A program made the position numbers and the translations under genes. The notes below the pieces were generated by a model that was not told the DNA's origin, ran no database searches, and was given only the letters and a program-made list of their open reading frames with translations. Below, piece after piece: positions 9,022 to 17,938 of a stretch of 32,000 nt of DNA. Every line of letters begins with the position of its first letter. The first letter of the stretch is position 1. Origin of the DNA: Massilicoli timonensis (GTDB lineage: Bacteria; Bacillota_I; Bacilli_A; Erysipelotrichales; Erysipelotrichaceae); the NCBI RefSeq assembly GCF_900199515.1, contig NZ_LT963434.1:273272-305271 (forward strand), in the 5' to 3' direction.

Positions 9022-9662
9022 CTAAGCGCTTGATTGATGCAAAGACGCTGTTCATCATCAACAGTTCGCTCTCTGATCTTTTCAGCAGGCGCTTTGATCA
9101 TGACTGCCTTTGCTTCCACATCGTGCAGCACGACGCTGCCCGCACCGATGATCGCATGATGGCCGACCCTGACGCCTTCAGCAACGACCGCATTGGCACC
9201 GATAAATACGCCGTCTTCAATGATGACCGGTGTAGTACAGGCAGGCTCCATCATTCCCGCGATCACTGCTCCGGCACCGACATGCACATCATCGCCGATC
9301 TGCGCGCCGGAACCGATTACCGCATTCATATCGATCATGGTGCGTTTCCCGATCATTGCATCTTTATTTACGATCGCTCCCATCAATATCACAGCATCTT
9401 CTTTTAATCGCACGCCCTCTCTGATCACTGCCCCATATTCGATTCTCGCCGGCTGCGATAATTTATCCAAAAGGCCGAAAAAAGAATGAACACATTCTAC
9501 CTGTTCATATAAAATAACTGCCTGTTTTTTTCTAATCGTTTCTTTCGCTTTACGCATATCTCCGTAAAATAGCGTAAAATCTTTTCCGTGCACCGTTTCA
9601 TCCTCTTGCAGGATCCCTTTTACGATCATAATACCTTTATTGGTAAATTGTTTATTTTTCAT
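9009..9662 (-). CDS. dapH: 2,3,4,5-tetrahydropyridine-2,6-dicarboxylate N-acetyltransferase (hexapeptide-repeat)
   Basis: The block ARIEYGAVIREGV...MIDMNAVIG...VGAGAVIAGMMEP...PVIIEDGVFIGANAVV matches my recollection of the B. subtilis DapH (YkuQ) left-handed beta-helix core. Confidence 0.85.
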   Translation of the reverse strand: MKNKQFTNKGIMIVKGILQEDETVHGKDFTLFYGDMRKAKETIRKKQAVILYEQVECVHSFFGLLDKLSQPARIEYGAVIREGVRLKEDAVILMGAIVNKDAMIGKRTMIDMNAVIGSGAQIGDDVHVGAGAVIAGMMEPACTTPVIIEDGVFIGANAVVAEGVRVGHHAIIGAGSVVLHDVEAKAVMIKAPAEKIRERTVDDEQRLCINQALRKKK

Positions 9663-9724
9663 GACATGCCTTTCCTTTCTAGTTTAGGATATGATAAAAT
9701 AGGTAAAGATATGAGGTGTTATCT

Positions 9725-10588
9725 ATGATTAGAAAAATCAGAAGATTTTTGACTGTCCTATTGGTAGTCTCCCTATTTGCAGTCAGTTTCTTTTTATATG
9801 GTGTTTATGTCAGTGTGGAGCGCATCAACCTCAATTATGAAAGCATCGCTTCCGCAAAGATCCCGCAGGATCTCAATCAAGTGAATATCGCATTCATTAC
9901 CGATCTTCATTACAACGGCTTTATGAATCAGGAGCGTCTTACTTCCATGTTTGAAAAGATCAACAGTACCGATCCTGATGTAATCATCTTCGGCGGAGAT
10001 CTTTTTGATGATACTGCCAATCAGATGCCGGATGAGAGCAAACAGGCGGAATTGCTGAATTTATTAAAATCACTGGAAGCGCCGCTTGGCAAATTCGCAG
10101 TGCTCGGTGAACAGGATGAAACAAGCGAATCAATGAAAGAAATCGCCAAAAGCATTTTATATCAGGCGGACTTTGAACTGCTGGAAAATCGTTCCATCCG
10201 TATTCGCAATGAATCTAATTCCAGCATTACCTTGTTCGGTATAGATTCGATGGTAAATGGTGTCCCGAATATTGAACAAGCTTTTGCGGATATCAACGCC
10301 AATGAATTTAATATTGTCGTAACGCACTGTCCTGATCTGATCAGCGAGATCCCGACCACGGCCGTTGATTTGATGTTTGCGGGACATTCTCATGGCGGAC
10401 AGATACGCATTCCTTTCTTCGGTCCGATCGCAACGGTGGAAGGTGCAAAAAACTATTCCTATGGTACGCAGCAAGTCGGCAACACCCTGCTGCACATCAG
10501 CAACGGTTTAGGTACGACCGGCTATGACATGCGTTTATTCGCACCGCCGGAGGTATTGATCTATCGCTTGATTGCCGATCAAGCATAG
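9725..10588 (+). CDS. Membrane-anchored or exported calcineurin-like metallophosphoesterase (YkuE-like)
   Basis: Motifs DLHYN, GGDLFD and GHSHGGQ. The N-terminus MIRKIRRFLTVLLVV... has an RR pair followed by a hydrophobic helix. The start is set at ATG 9725, with GAGGTG 6 nt upstream. Confidence 0.85.
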   Translation: MIRKIRRFLTVLLVVSLFAVSFFLYGVYVSVERINLNYESIASAKIPQDLNQVNIAFITDLHYNGFMNQERLTSMFEKINSTDPDVIIFGGDLFDDTANQMPDESKQAELLNLLKSLEAPLGKFAVLGEQDETSESMKEIAKSILYQADFELLENRSIRIRNESNSSITLFGIDSMVNGVPNIEQAFADINANEFNIVVTHCPDLISEIPTTAVDLMFAGHSHGGQIRIPFFGPIATVEGAKNYSYGTQQVGNTLLHISNGLGTTGYDMRLFAPPEVLIYRLIADQA

Positions 10589-10616
10589 CACACTATCATT
10601 TTGATTCAGCATTCCA

Positions 10617-10657
10617 TGAAAACGAGCAGATCATTTGTTTGACCTGCTCGTTTTTTC
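10617..10657. terminator. Bidirectional terminator between convergent genes
   Basis: ACGAGCAG (10622-10629) / CTGCTCGT (10644-10651), flanked by an A-run and TTTTTT. Confidence 0.75.
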
Positions 10658-10674
10658 TACTGCCTGTTATCTGT

Positions 10675-13103
10675 CTACTGCTCGCTTCTTCTGTTCTTGC
10701 GTAACATTGCAGCGAACACGATCACACTTCCCCCTAGCAGTACATAATACATTCCCTTGCTTACTTCATCCCCTGTATTTACTGCTTCGCTCTCCTCTTT
10801 CTTGATCTCCTCTATACTGCTTTCTCCCTTTTCCTCTTCATTTGGTGTATTCGGCTTTTCTTCCGGCTCTGTCGGTTTTTCCTCCGGTTCACTTGGTTTC
10901 TCTTCCGGATCTGTCGGCTTCTCTTCCTTCTGCCACATCACCTCAAATGTCCCAAACTCCTTGCTTCCTACCTCAAACTCCAATCCACCCTCTGTCTTTC
11001 TTACTTCTATCTCTCTCGCCTTGCTCTTTGCGATCTCTTCATCCAAAGCCTCTTCGCTCATCTGCATCGTGTAATCTCTTGTCAATCCCTCATAATACAC
11101 GACCGCAAACCGATCCCCCGCTTCGCTTCCTTCCGGATATGGATAATATACGCTTACCGTTTCCTTTTCCGTTCCTACCCATAAGTTCCCGTCATTTTGA
11201 TCGACCAGATCCAAATACCGAAACTCTCTTTTTACTTCCTTCGTTTCATCTATCCCTTTCACTGCTTCCATTCCCTTTGCATGCAGTGCTTCCATCCGTT
11301 CTGCTGATCCCAATACCTCTTCGATCAATTCATCCCATAACAGCACGATCTTCGCATCTTCATTTACCGGATACATCGTATTCCCGTTCTTATAAAACTG
11401 CGTCCCTGCTTTTACATGTGCATGTGCCTCTTTGATCTGGCATGCTCCTTCTTCTTCATATACACCCTTATAGATCTCACTGCTCAGTGTCTCTGCACTT
11501 TCATCGCTTACTTCTCTTACCTTTACTTCCCCTACTGCCATCCCTTCTTCCGGTATACTCAATATGTGTTCATCTAATCGGATCTCTTTATCATCTACTC
11601 TTGGTAATGCATACAGTGCATAGCTTCCCGCTTTCGCTGCGCTCTCTACCTTCTCTCCCTCGCTGTTTCGATATTCCCATGCAAATGGCACTCCCTCTTC
11701 TTCCAGATCCCATGCTTCTCCATCTACGCTGATCGCATAGCTTTCCAAGCCTTCTTCCCATTGCGGTTCCGGCAAGGCATCGCCATGATTGCTGGCGTCG
11801 GTTCCCGATCCTCCTTCATATGCGATCAGTTCGACTGCTTGAAGCGGTTCACTGTATCCTGCATATAAGTGCAGCGTACCGTTCGCTAATGTCGTAAAGT
11901 CGATCGTTGCTGCTTCATCAAATGGCTTCGTACATGCTTCATCTAAATACCACCCATTGAATATGCTTCCCTCTTTGCTTAGGCTAGTAGATGGGTTATT
12001 TGTTAATACGGTTGTACCGGTTAAGGTAAACTCTTGTTTTGCTTCTTCCATTGTGGAATAGATGAAATGATCTGCTCGATATACGATTATTTCACTTTCT
12101 GTATTCCCATTATTAAAAGTACCGTCATTTCCATGATATACGACTTTTGCATAGTATGGGGTTCTACCCCAGATGCTATCTGGATCATTCAATTTATTAT
12201 ATAGTTTTTCTGAATCAGATATAATGATAGATGGAATAGGAACATTTTCAGTATCCACAGAATCAAACATGTAGTCCAATTCAGTTACTATATTGTCGAA
12301 ATCAATGTTTCCTAAGTCAAAAATATATATTTTTGAGCATCCATTAAAAATATTTTCCATTCTTTTAAGTTTTCCTGTATTAAGGTTTTCGAATCCTTTT
12401 ATATTTTCTAAATTGGTGCAATAATAAAACATTTCATCCATATTAACAACATTACTTGTATCAAACACACTTAAATCTACACTTTGCAAACTTGAGCAGC
12501 CACTAAACATTCCATAGGTAGTCGTAATGCTAGTTGTATCCAGCCCACTTAAATTTACATATTTCAAATTTGTGCAATTCATAAACATCTCATACATACT
12601 AGTTATACCACTACCACTTGTATCTAGTCCGCTTAAATCTACTGATACTAATTTATAAAACTGAACCTTATCATAATTCGTTGTTGTTGGATAAAATGCG
12701 CAATCAAGAATTTGTCCTTTTGAAATCACTTTCTTATCGGTGGTTCCTACTTTCAGTGATACTAATTTATTATAGTATTTTGATGGTCTTCCAGATGGAT
12801 TCTCTATCTTGAATTTGTCAAACATATTTCCAAGAGCTGTTACGATCTCTACTGTTTTCCCTTCCTGTCCTTCAAACTCAGAAGGAATGACAACATTTAC
12901 TTGATCCCCTTTGTACTTCGTTAATGTGATCTTATCACTTGTTTCTGTATAATCCCAATCATCCAGCGTTAATCCGCCAACATCATTTTCAGAGTACTGA
13001 TTTACAGTACCCCCCCCCCCTGGGCAAAAATCATGTTCGGTTTTACTGCCATGCCTAGCATCAGGCATAGACTTGCCAAAAGCAACGATACTTTCTTTTT
13101 CAT
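10675..13103 (-). CDS. Large cell-surface protein (BspA/DUF285-type 26-residue LRR repeats, a Listeria-Bacteroides repeat and a C-terminal anchor), frameshifted at a poly-G tract
   Basis: SD GAAGGAGG and ATG 13103 encode the signal peptide MKKKVSLLLASLCLMLGMAVKPNMIFAQ, which runs into G11 and stops at 13002. The 797-aa body ORF (10675-13068) uses the neighbouring frame. The body has repeats of the MFxxCxxLxxVDLSxxDTS type, then IFNGWYLDEACTKPFD...LHLYAGY, an acidic region, EEKPxxP repeats, and a hydrophobic segment with a basic tail. Confidence 0.8.
10840..10935 (-). repeat. Tandem 24-bp (8-aa) coding repeats, EEKP(T/S/N)(D/E/T)P, about 4 copies
   Basis: The protein reads EEKPTDPEEKPSEPEEKPTEPEEKPNTPNEEEK. 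On the + strand the DNA shows a reiterated TTCYTCCGGNTCNNTNGGYTT unit. Confidence 0.75.
12259..12723 (-). repeat. About 5-6 degenerate 26-residue LRR units (protein-level repeat)
   Basis: Reiterated pattern: LSGLDTSGSGITSMYEMFMNCTNLKYVN / LSGLDTTSITTTYGMFSGCSSLQSVD / LSVFDTSNVVNMDEMFYYCTNLENI. Confidence 0.7.
13010..13020 (-). repeat. Homopolymeric G11 tract (C11 on the + strand) at the signal-peptide/mature-protein junction
   Basis: Counted directly: c at 13010 plus ten c at 13011-13020. 12 or 9 G would put the signal peptide in frame with the body ORF. Confidence 0.95.
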
Positions 13104-13158
13104 CTTTTTCCTCCTTCTCGTCTGTTTCCTTTTACAGACGCTATCTTTGCTTGTTTAC

Positions 13159-13187
13159 ACTATACCATATTTTCCCATATTTATCTA
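13159..13187 (-). promoter_or_regulatory. Putative extended -10 promoter of the LRR gene
   Basis: The minus strand reads TGgTATAGT (-10 at 13159-13164, TG at 13166-13167) with a weak -35 TAGATA (13182-13187). A 7-bp hairpin CGTCTGT (13119-13125) / ACAGACG (13134-13140) sits next to the SD in the 5' UTR. Confidence 0.45.
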
Positions 13188-13223
13188 CTTTTATTGTAAG
13201 CGTAAACACCAGATATCTCTACT

Positions 13224-13262
13224 AATAAAAAACTGTCCTCCTCAAGAAAGAAGACAGTTTCT
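13224..13262 (-). terminator. Intrinsic terminator after pheT
   Basis: AAACTGTC (13230-13237) / GACAGTTT (13253-13260), with a minus-strand T-run following. Confidence 0.7.
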
Positions 13263-13274
13263 GCTAATAAGTGA

Positions 13275-15665
13275 TCAAGCACGCAGCTGTGCGTTTGTTT
13301 CTTTCTGCAAAGCATCCATGATCTTTGCATTTACTGCACTGATCTCTTCATCAGTCAGCGTTTTTTCATGTGAACCAAAGGTAATGCTTAAAGCGATCGA
13401 CTTATAGCCCTTTGCCACATGCTCACCGGTATAAACATCAAATACTTCTACATGGCTGACATACTGCTTGCCGTTTTTGCGAATGATATCAATTAACTGC
13501 TGGGCATTGACCGCTTGTGATACGACCAATGCTAAATCACGAACAACCGATGGGAATTTTGAGATCGGTTCATATTTAATCTTGCTTGCGCGATTAGCAA
13601 GCAGCACCTCGATATTTGCCTCTGCCATGACCAGACGGCTTACATCATAGCGTTTTGCCATTGCCGGATGGATTTCCCCAAATACCGCGAACAGATCTTT
13701 TCCGATATACAGGCAGGCACTGCGATATGGGTGGAAATGAGTGGTATCCACCGTATTCTCTTTCACACTGATTCGTGTGCCCTCGAAGCCAAATGTTTGA
13801 AGCAGATTCATGAGCAGTCCTTTTAACGTATAGAAGTCTGCTTTGATCTCAATATTTTGCCATCTGCTTTTCTGCAGCGCACCTTCCATTGCAATCGCCA
13901 GATGCTCCACTTCCTTTTCTGTACTGTAAACAGAGCTGATTTCAAATAAGGCGACATCTTTTGCAGAACGATTTTGATTATAGGAAACCGCATCTAATAA
14001 AGATGGGAGTACAGAGGTACGAATGGATTTGCGCTCTTCGCTCATCGGCACTGCCAAACGCACCGCCTCTCCGGCGCTTAAAATCGCATCTTCTAAAAAG
14101 GCATCTGATATGAGCGTATAAGTTCTGGCTTCATACAATCCCGCCTGATTGAGCTGTGTACGGATCTTTCTGCGCATTGCCTGACGAGGAGAAAGCGCAC
14201 CTTCACTTTCCGGAAGCAGCGGTAAAGTAGATGGCAAACGATCATAACCGATGATACGGATGATCTCTTCCGCAATATCTGCTTCGATCTTCAGATCGCT
14301 GCGATAACTCGGGATGCACAGATCAATTTTATGGTCGCGTACGATCGGCGATAGTTTCAGATCAGCCAGTACCTCAATCATTTCTTCAACAGTGAAATCA
14401 GTGCCCAGCATCGCATTGATGGAATCCGCATCTACGGTAAGCACAGTCGGTTCATACTGCTTGGTTTCATAAACAACCGTTTCTTCCAATCCGCTTGCAT
14501 CGGCATATTGTTCCAACAACGCGATCGCACGGTCCATCGCCTTATAAACAGCCAACGGTTCAATTCCCTTTTGATAGCGCAAAGAGGCGTCGGTATTTAA
14601 GTTTAAGCGGCGTGCAGTATTGCGAATCGATACATGATCAAAACTTGCGGCTTCGATGATGATGCCTTTGGTCGTTGCTTCGATCTTAGAATCATCACCG
14701 CCCATGACTCCGCCAAAGCCAATCGGTTTCGCTTCGGTAGTAATCATGATATCGTCCGGCAGCACTTCATATTCATTCCCATCAAGAGCGGTATAAGTGG
14801 TATGCAGACCATCTACAACTGTGATCTCCTGTGCCGGGATCGCGTCGATATCATAGAAATGCATCGGTTGCCCGGTTTCCAGCATGACGATATTGGAAAT
14901 GTCCACGACATTGTTAATTGACTTCATACCGCTTGCCAAAAGCAATTCTTTCATCCACTGCGGCGATTCTTTGATCGTTACATGATTGATGACCTTTCCT
15001 AAAAAAGTCGGACATTTTGCGGTTTTAGAAGCGATTTTCAGTTTTGTCGAGGAACCTTTTTGACTTGCCCCTTCCACCCTTGGAAGCATGACTTCTTTAT
15101 GTAAGATCGCCCCGCACTCCACTGCCATCGCCCATGCGGACTGACAGTCGTTGCGATTCGGTGTCAGACCGACATCAAAAACCGTATCATTTAAGCCTAG
15201 GTAAGCAAGCGGGTCCGTATGTCCGATCGGGGCGTCGGCACTTAATACTTCAATACCGTTTTTACTTTCTTCGCTCAATAAATGCGGATCGACGCCTAAC
15301 TCTGCCAAAGAACAGATCATGCCATTGGAAGCAACTCCGCGAATCGAACCTGCTTTGATTTCGCCGCCCGGCAGCTTTGCCCCGACTTTTGCCACGATGA
15401 CTTTTTGCCCTTTGGCAACATTCGGCGCACCGCATACGATCTGTTCTACCTGATCTTTCAGATCTACCTGACAAATGTGCAGATGATCGCTGTCCGGGTG
15501 CATTTCACAAGACAATACTTCACCGATCGCAAGATTTGTACCGCTTGATAATGGATGGATCGCTTCTACTTCTAAACCAGCCTGCGTGATCGCATCGGCA
15601 AACACCGCATCACTGATATCAGAAAGATCCATATATTGACTTAACCATTTTCTACTAATCAGCAT
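13275..15665 (-). CDS. pheT: Phenylalanine--tRNA ligase beta subunit
   Basis: 796 aa. The N-terminus MLISRKWLSQYMDL and the tRNA-binding, B3/4, B5 and FDX-ACB layout are typical. It lies directly downstream of pheS. Confidence 0.95.
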   Translation of the reverse strand: MLISRKWLSQYMDLSDISDAVFADAITQAGLEVEAIHPLSSGTNLAIGEVLSCEMHPDSDHLHICQVDLKDQVEQIVCGAPNVAKGQKVIVAKVGAKLPGGEIKAGSIRGVASNGMICSLAELGVDPHLLSEESKNGIEVLSADAPIGHTDPLAYLGLNDTVFDVGLTPNRNDCQSAWAMAVECGAILHKEVMLPRVEGASQKGSSTKLKIASKTAKCPTFLGKVINHVTIKESPQWMKELLLASGMKSINNVVDISNIVMLETGQPMHFYDIDAIPAQEITVVDGLHTTYTALDGNEYEVLPDDIMITTEAKPIGFGGVMGGDDSKIEATTKGIIIEAASFDHVSIRNTARRLNLNTDASLRYQKGIEPLAVYKAMDRAIALLEQYADASGLEETVVYETKQYEPTVLTVDADSINAMLGTDFTVEEMIEVLADLKLSPIVRDHKIDLCIPSYRSDLKIEADIAEEIIRIIGYDRLPSTLPLLPESEGALSPRQAMRRKIRTQLNQAGLYEARTYTLISDAFLEDAILSAGEAVRLAVPMSEERKSIRTSVLPSLLDAVSYNQNRSAKDVALFEISSVYSTEKEVEHLAIAMEGALQKSRWQNIEIKADFYTLKGLLMNLLQTFGFEGTRISVKENTVDTTHFHPYRSACLYIGKDLFAVFGEIHPAMAKRYDVSRLVMAEANIEVLLANRASKIKYEPISKFPSVVRDLALVVSQAVNAQQLIDIIRKNGKQYVSHVEVFDVYTGEHVAKGYKSIALSITFGSHEKTLTDEEISAVNAKIMDALQKETNAQLRA

Positions 15666-15676
15666 GATTCTTCCTC

Positions 15677-16708
15677 CTATTCAAAGCGTGTGAACGTCTT
15701 TAAGAAACGCACATCATTGGTATAAAAATGACGAATATCGTCAATGCCGTATTTCAACATGGCAATACGCTCGATTCCCACGCCAAATGCGAAACCGGAA
15801 TATTTTTTACTGTCATAGCCCGCCATTTCCAATACATTAGGATGTACCAAGCCGGCACCTAAAATTTCGATCCAGCCGGTACCTTTGCATACCGGGCAGC
15901 CTTTTCCGCCGCAAATATGGCAGGAAACATCGACTTCCACACTCGGTTCGGTAAACTGGAAATAACTTGGACGAAAGCGGATGACGCGCTTTTCCCCAAA
16001 CATCTTCTTTGCCATAAATTCCAGTGTGCCTTTCAGATCAGCTAATGTAATGTGTTCTCCGACCACTAATCCTTCACACTGTGTAAACTGATGGGAATGG
16101 GTCGCATCATCATCATCGCGGCGATATACCTTTCCCGGACAGATGACCTTGACCGGCACCTGCGGTGCAAACTGTTCCAACATTCTGGTCTGAATGGCTG
16201 TCGTATGGCTTCTTAACAGTGTTTGCGCATCAATATAGAACGTATCCTGCATATCTCTCGCCGGATGATTCTTGGGAATATTGGCACGTTCAAAATTATA
16301 AAGATCCAATTCTACTTCCGGTCCTTCCGCTACCGTATAACCAAGTCCCACAAACAGATCTTCCAGTTCCTGCTGTACCAATACCAGCGGATGTAAATTG
16401 CCAAGACGCGCTTCATAACCGTTTAAGGTAATATCGATCTTTTCCTTTTCCAGTCCTTCTTCCATCTCTTTGACTTCCAAGACCGCCTTTTTTTCATCGA
16501 TCGCTTCCAAGATCAGCGATTTGATCGCATTGACCTGCTGTCCAAAGGCAGGCCGCTCTTCCTTAGGCAGATCCTTCATGCTTTTCATAACTTCTTGAAT
16601 CGGTCCTTTCTTGCCAAGATAAAGCACACGTAACTGTTGTAGATCCGCTAAGTTTTCACATGCTTCGATCTGGGACAAGCTTTCCTGTTTTAATTCCTGT
16701 AATTCCAT
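15677..16708 (-). CDS. pheS: Phenylalanine--tRNA ligase alpha subunit
   Basis: Class II motifs [23 protein letters not shown] and [14 protein letters not shown]. The start is set at ATG 16708 (MELQELK...). The track's upstream extension runs through the T-box terminator U-run. Confidence 0.95.
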   Translation of the reverse strand: MELQELKQESLSQIEACENLADLQQLRVLYLGKKGPIQEVMKSMKDLPKEERPAFGQQVNAIKSLILEAIDEKKAVLEVKEMEEGLEKEKIDITLNGYEARLGNLHPLVLVQQELEDLFVGLGYTVAEGPEVELDLYNFERANIPKNHPARDMQDTFYIDAQTLLRSHTTAIQTRMLEQFAPQVPVKVICPGKVYRRDDDDATHSHQFTQCEGLVVGEHITLADLKGTLEFMAKKMFGEKRVIRFRPSYFQFTEPSVEVDVSCHICGGKGCPVCKGTGWIEILGAGLVHPNVLEMAGYDSKKYSGFAFGVGIERIAMLKYGIDDIRHFYTNDVRFLKTFTRFE

Positions 16709-16735
16709 AACTTTCTTCCTTTCCTTGCCGGCATT

Positions 16736-16960
16736 AAAAAAAGCCGCAATCTGTGCGAGAACGATTTTCACCGCGGTACCATCTCGCTTCATCTTACGAC
16801 ACCCTTTATTTCATACTCATGATAACCGTTTGATACGGGAGGGGATTGGCCTCGCTCAAAGGTGAATTCTTATAGACTATCCGAAGAAGGCTTGCAGTCG
16901 ATGACCCTCTCTCCCTGACAGAAATCCTCTATAATACTAGTCCTTTTCAACGCTTTTACT
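16736..16960 (-). promoter_or_regulatory. T-box riboswitch leader (Phe) controlling pheST
   Basis: The minus strand contains a stem-I element CAGGGAGAGAGGG, a CCUUCUUCGG region with the UUC Phe codon, the T-box core GAGATGGTACCGCGG, an antiterminator GCGAGA-UGGUACC-GCG...CGU-UCUCGC, then a short GC hairpin and GCGGCTTTTTTT. Confidence 0.85.
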
Positions 16961-16967
16961 GTTTTTA

Positions 16968-16995
16968 ATTATAGCAGATAATCGCTAAATCGCAA
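16968..16995 (-). promoter_or_regulatory. Sigma-A-type promoter for the pheST leader
   Basis: Minus strand TTGCGA (16990-16995), 16 nt spacer, TATAAT (16968-16973). Confidence 0.6.
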
Positions 16996-17087
16996 GTGTT
17001 TTATCATTCATTCTTCTCTGCCAACATAAAAATCAACAACAAATTGCAAGCTGTACCACTACTGGCAAAAGCCATTCATTGAGAAAT

Positions 17088-17843
17088 CTATTTCAAAGAC
17101 ATCATCAGCAGATGATTGCTTGCCCCATAATAGTGTGGATTTTCACGATGTTTCCAAATATAGCGTTTCCACTCGTCCAGCTGTGCATCGGTAAACGCAT
17201 TGATCACATCGTATTTTACTTCGGAAAATGGATCGACCGCATACAAATGATCATTTGAAATGCCTAATCTTTGATACAGTGCCGTTATTTCTGATGGATC
17301 AAAGAACACAAAGACACCATCTTTGATCTGCATATTTTCCCGCTCATAATCTTCACTTAACAGCATAGACTGGTTCGCTTGATATAGCGCTTCGCTGACA
17401 AATACCGCTTCTTCGTTCACAAAGGCACATAACAGTGCGCATCTGCATACCCGCCACGCTTCCTTTAAGCATAGTTCCTGCTGGCTTTGTTCATGCAGAT
17501 GATACATCGGTCCTAAGCACAATACCACATCAAATTGTCCATCCTCAAAATGCTGCAGCGCCTGATGATCCGCATGGATCACGGTGATCGGCAGATCCCT
17601 TGCCTGCTCCTTTAGCACCTTCACATTGCGCCTTACCGGCTCAATAGCCACAACCTCATATCCAAGCTTCGCTAAGGTAGTGCTATAAGCGCCGCAGCCG
17701 GCGCCGACTTCTAAGATCTTCATGCCTTTTTTTAGAGGAAGTTCCATAATGATCTGCATCGTCATCCAGTGTTCAATAGAAAGCGCCTGACTCAAAAATC
17801 TTTTTTCTTCTTGAAATTGCTGATAATACGTTTGATAATCCAT
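17088..17843 (-). CDS. Class I SAM-dependent methyltransferase, substrate unknown
   Basis: Motif I ILEVGAGCGAYS, followed by VVAIEP and DVVLCLGPMYHL. SD AGAGGTGAAAG lies upstream of ATG 17843. Confidence 0.8.
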   Translation of the reverse strand: MDYQTYYQQFQEEKRFLSQALSIEHWMTMQIIMELPLKKGMKILEVGAGCGAYSTTLAKLGYEVVAIEPVRRNVKVLKEQARDLPITVIHADHQALQHFEDGQFDVVLCLGPMYHLHEQSQQELCLKEAWRVCRCALLCAFVNEEAVFVSEALYQANQSMLLSEDYERENMQIKDGVFVFFDPSEITALYQRLGISNDHLYAVDPFSEVKYDVINAFTDAQLDEWKRYIWKHRENPHYYGASNHLLMMSLK

Positions 17844-17938
17844 ATTCTTTCACCTCTATATGATAGGATAACAGATAAAAAAGAAACATTGGATTCTTTG
17901 CACATCAACAAAAAAGAAGCGACTCATGCACTTCTTTT

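Noticed and set aside
10842-11435. 197-aa + strand ORF rich in Ser/Pro/Leu, together with its neighbours 10757-11074 and 11442-11732.
   Set aside because: They are antisense shadows of the purine-rich acidic region of the LRR gene. They are low-complexity, have no SD, and lie entirely within a better-supported minus-strand CDS.
16709-16792. N-terminal extension of the pheS ORF ([28 protein letters not shown]), and the analogous ileS extension at 22790-22834.
   Set aside because: The extensions translate the T-box core, terminator and U-run. The canonical N-termini (MELQELK.. and MEYKETLLMPKT..) begin downstream.
17792-17905. 37-codon minus-strand ORF (MCKESNVSFLSVILSYRGERIW...) downstream of the XRE/TPR regulator, considered as a possible cognate signalling peptide.
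   Set aside because: It has no SD upstream, runs out of frame into the methyltransferase gene, and has no signal-peptide-like or exported-propeptide features.
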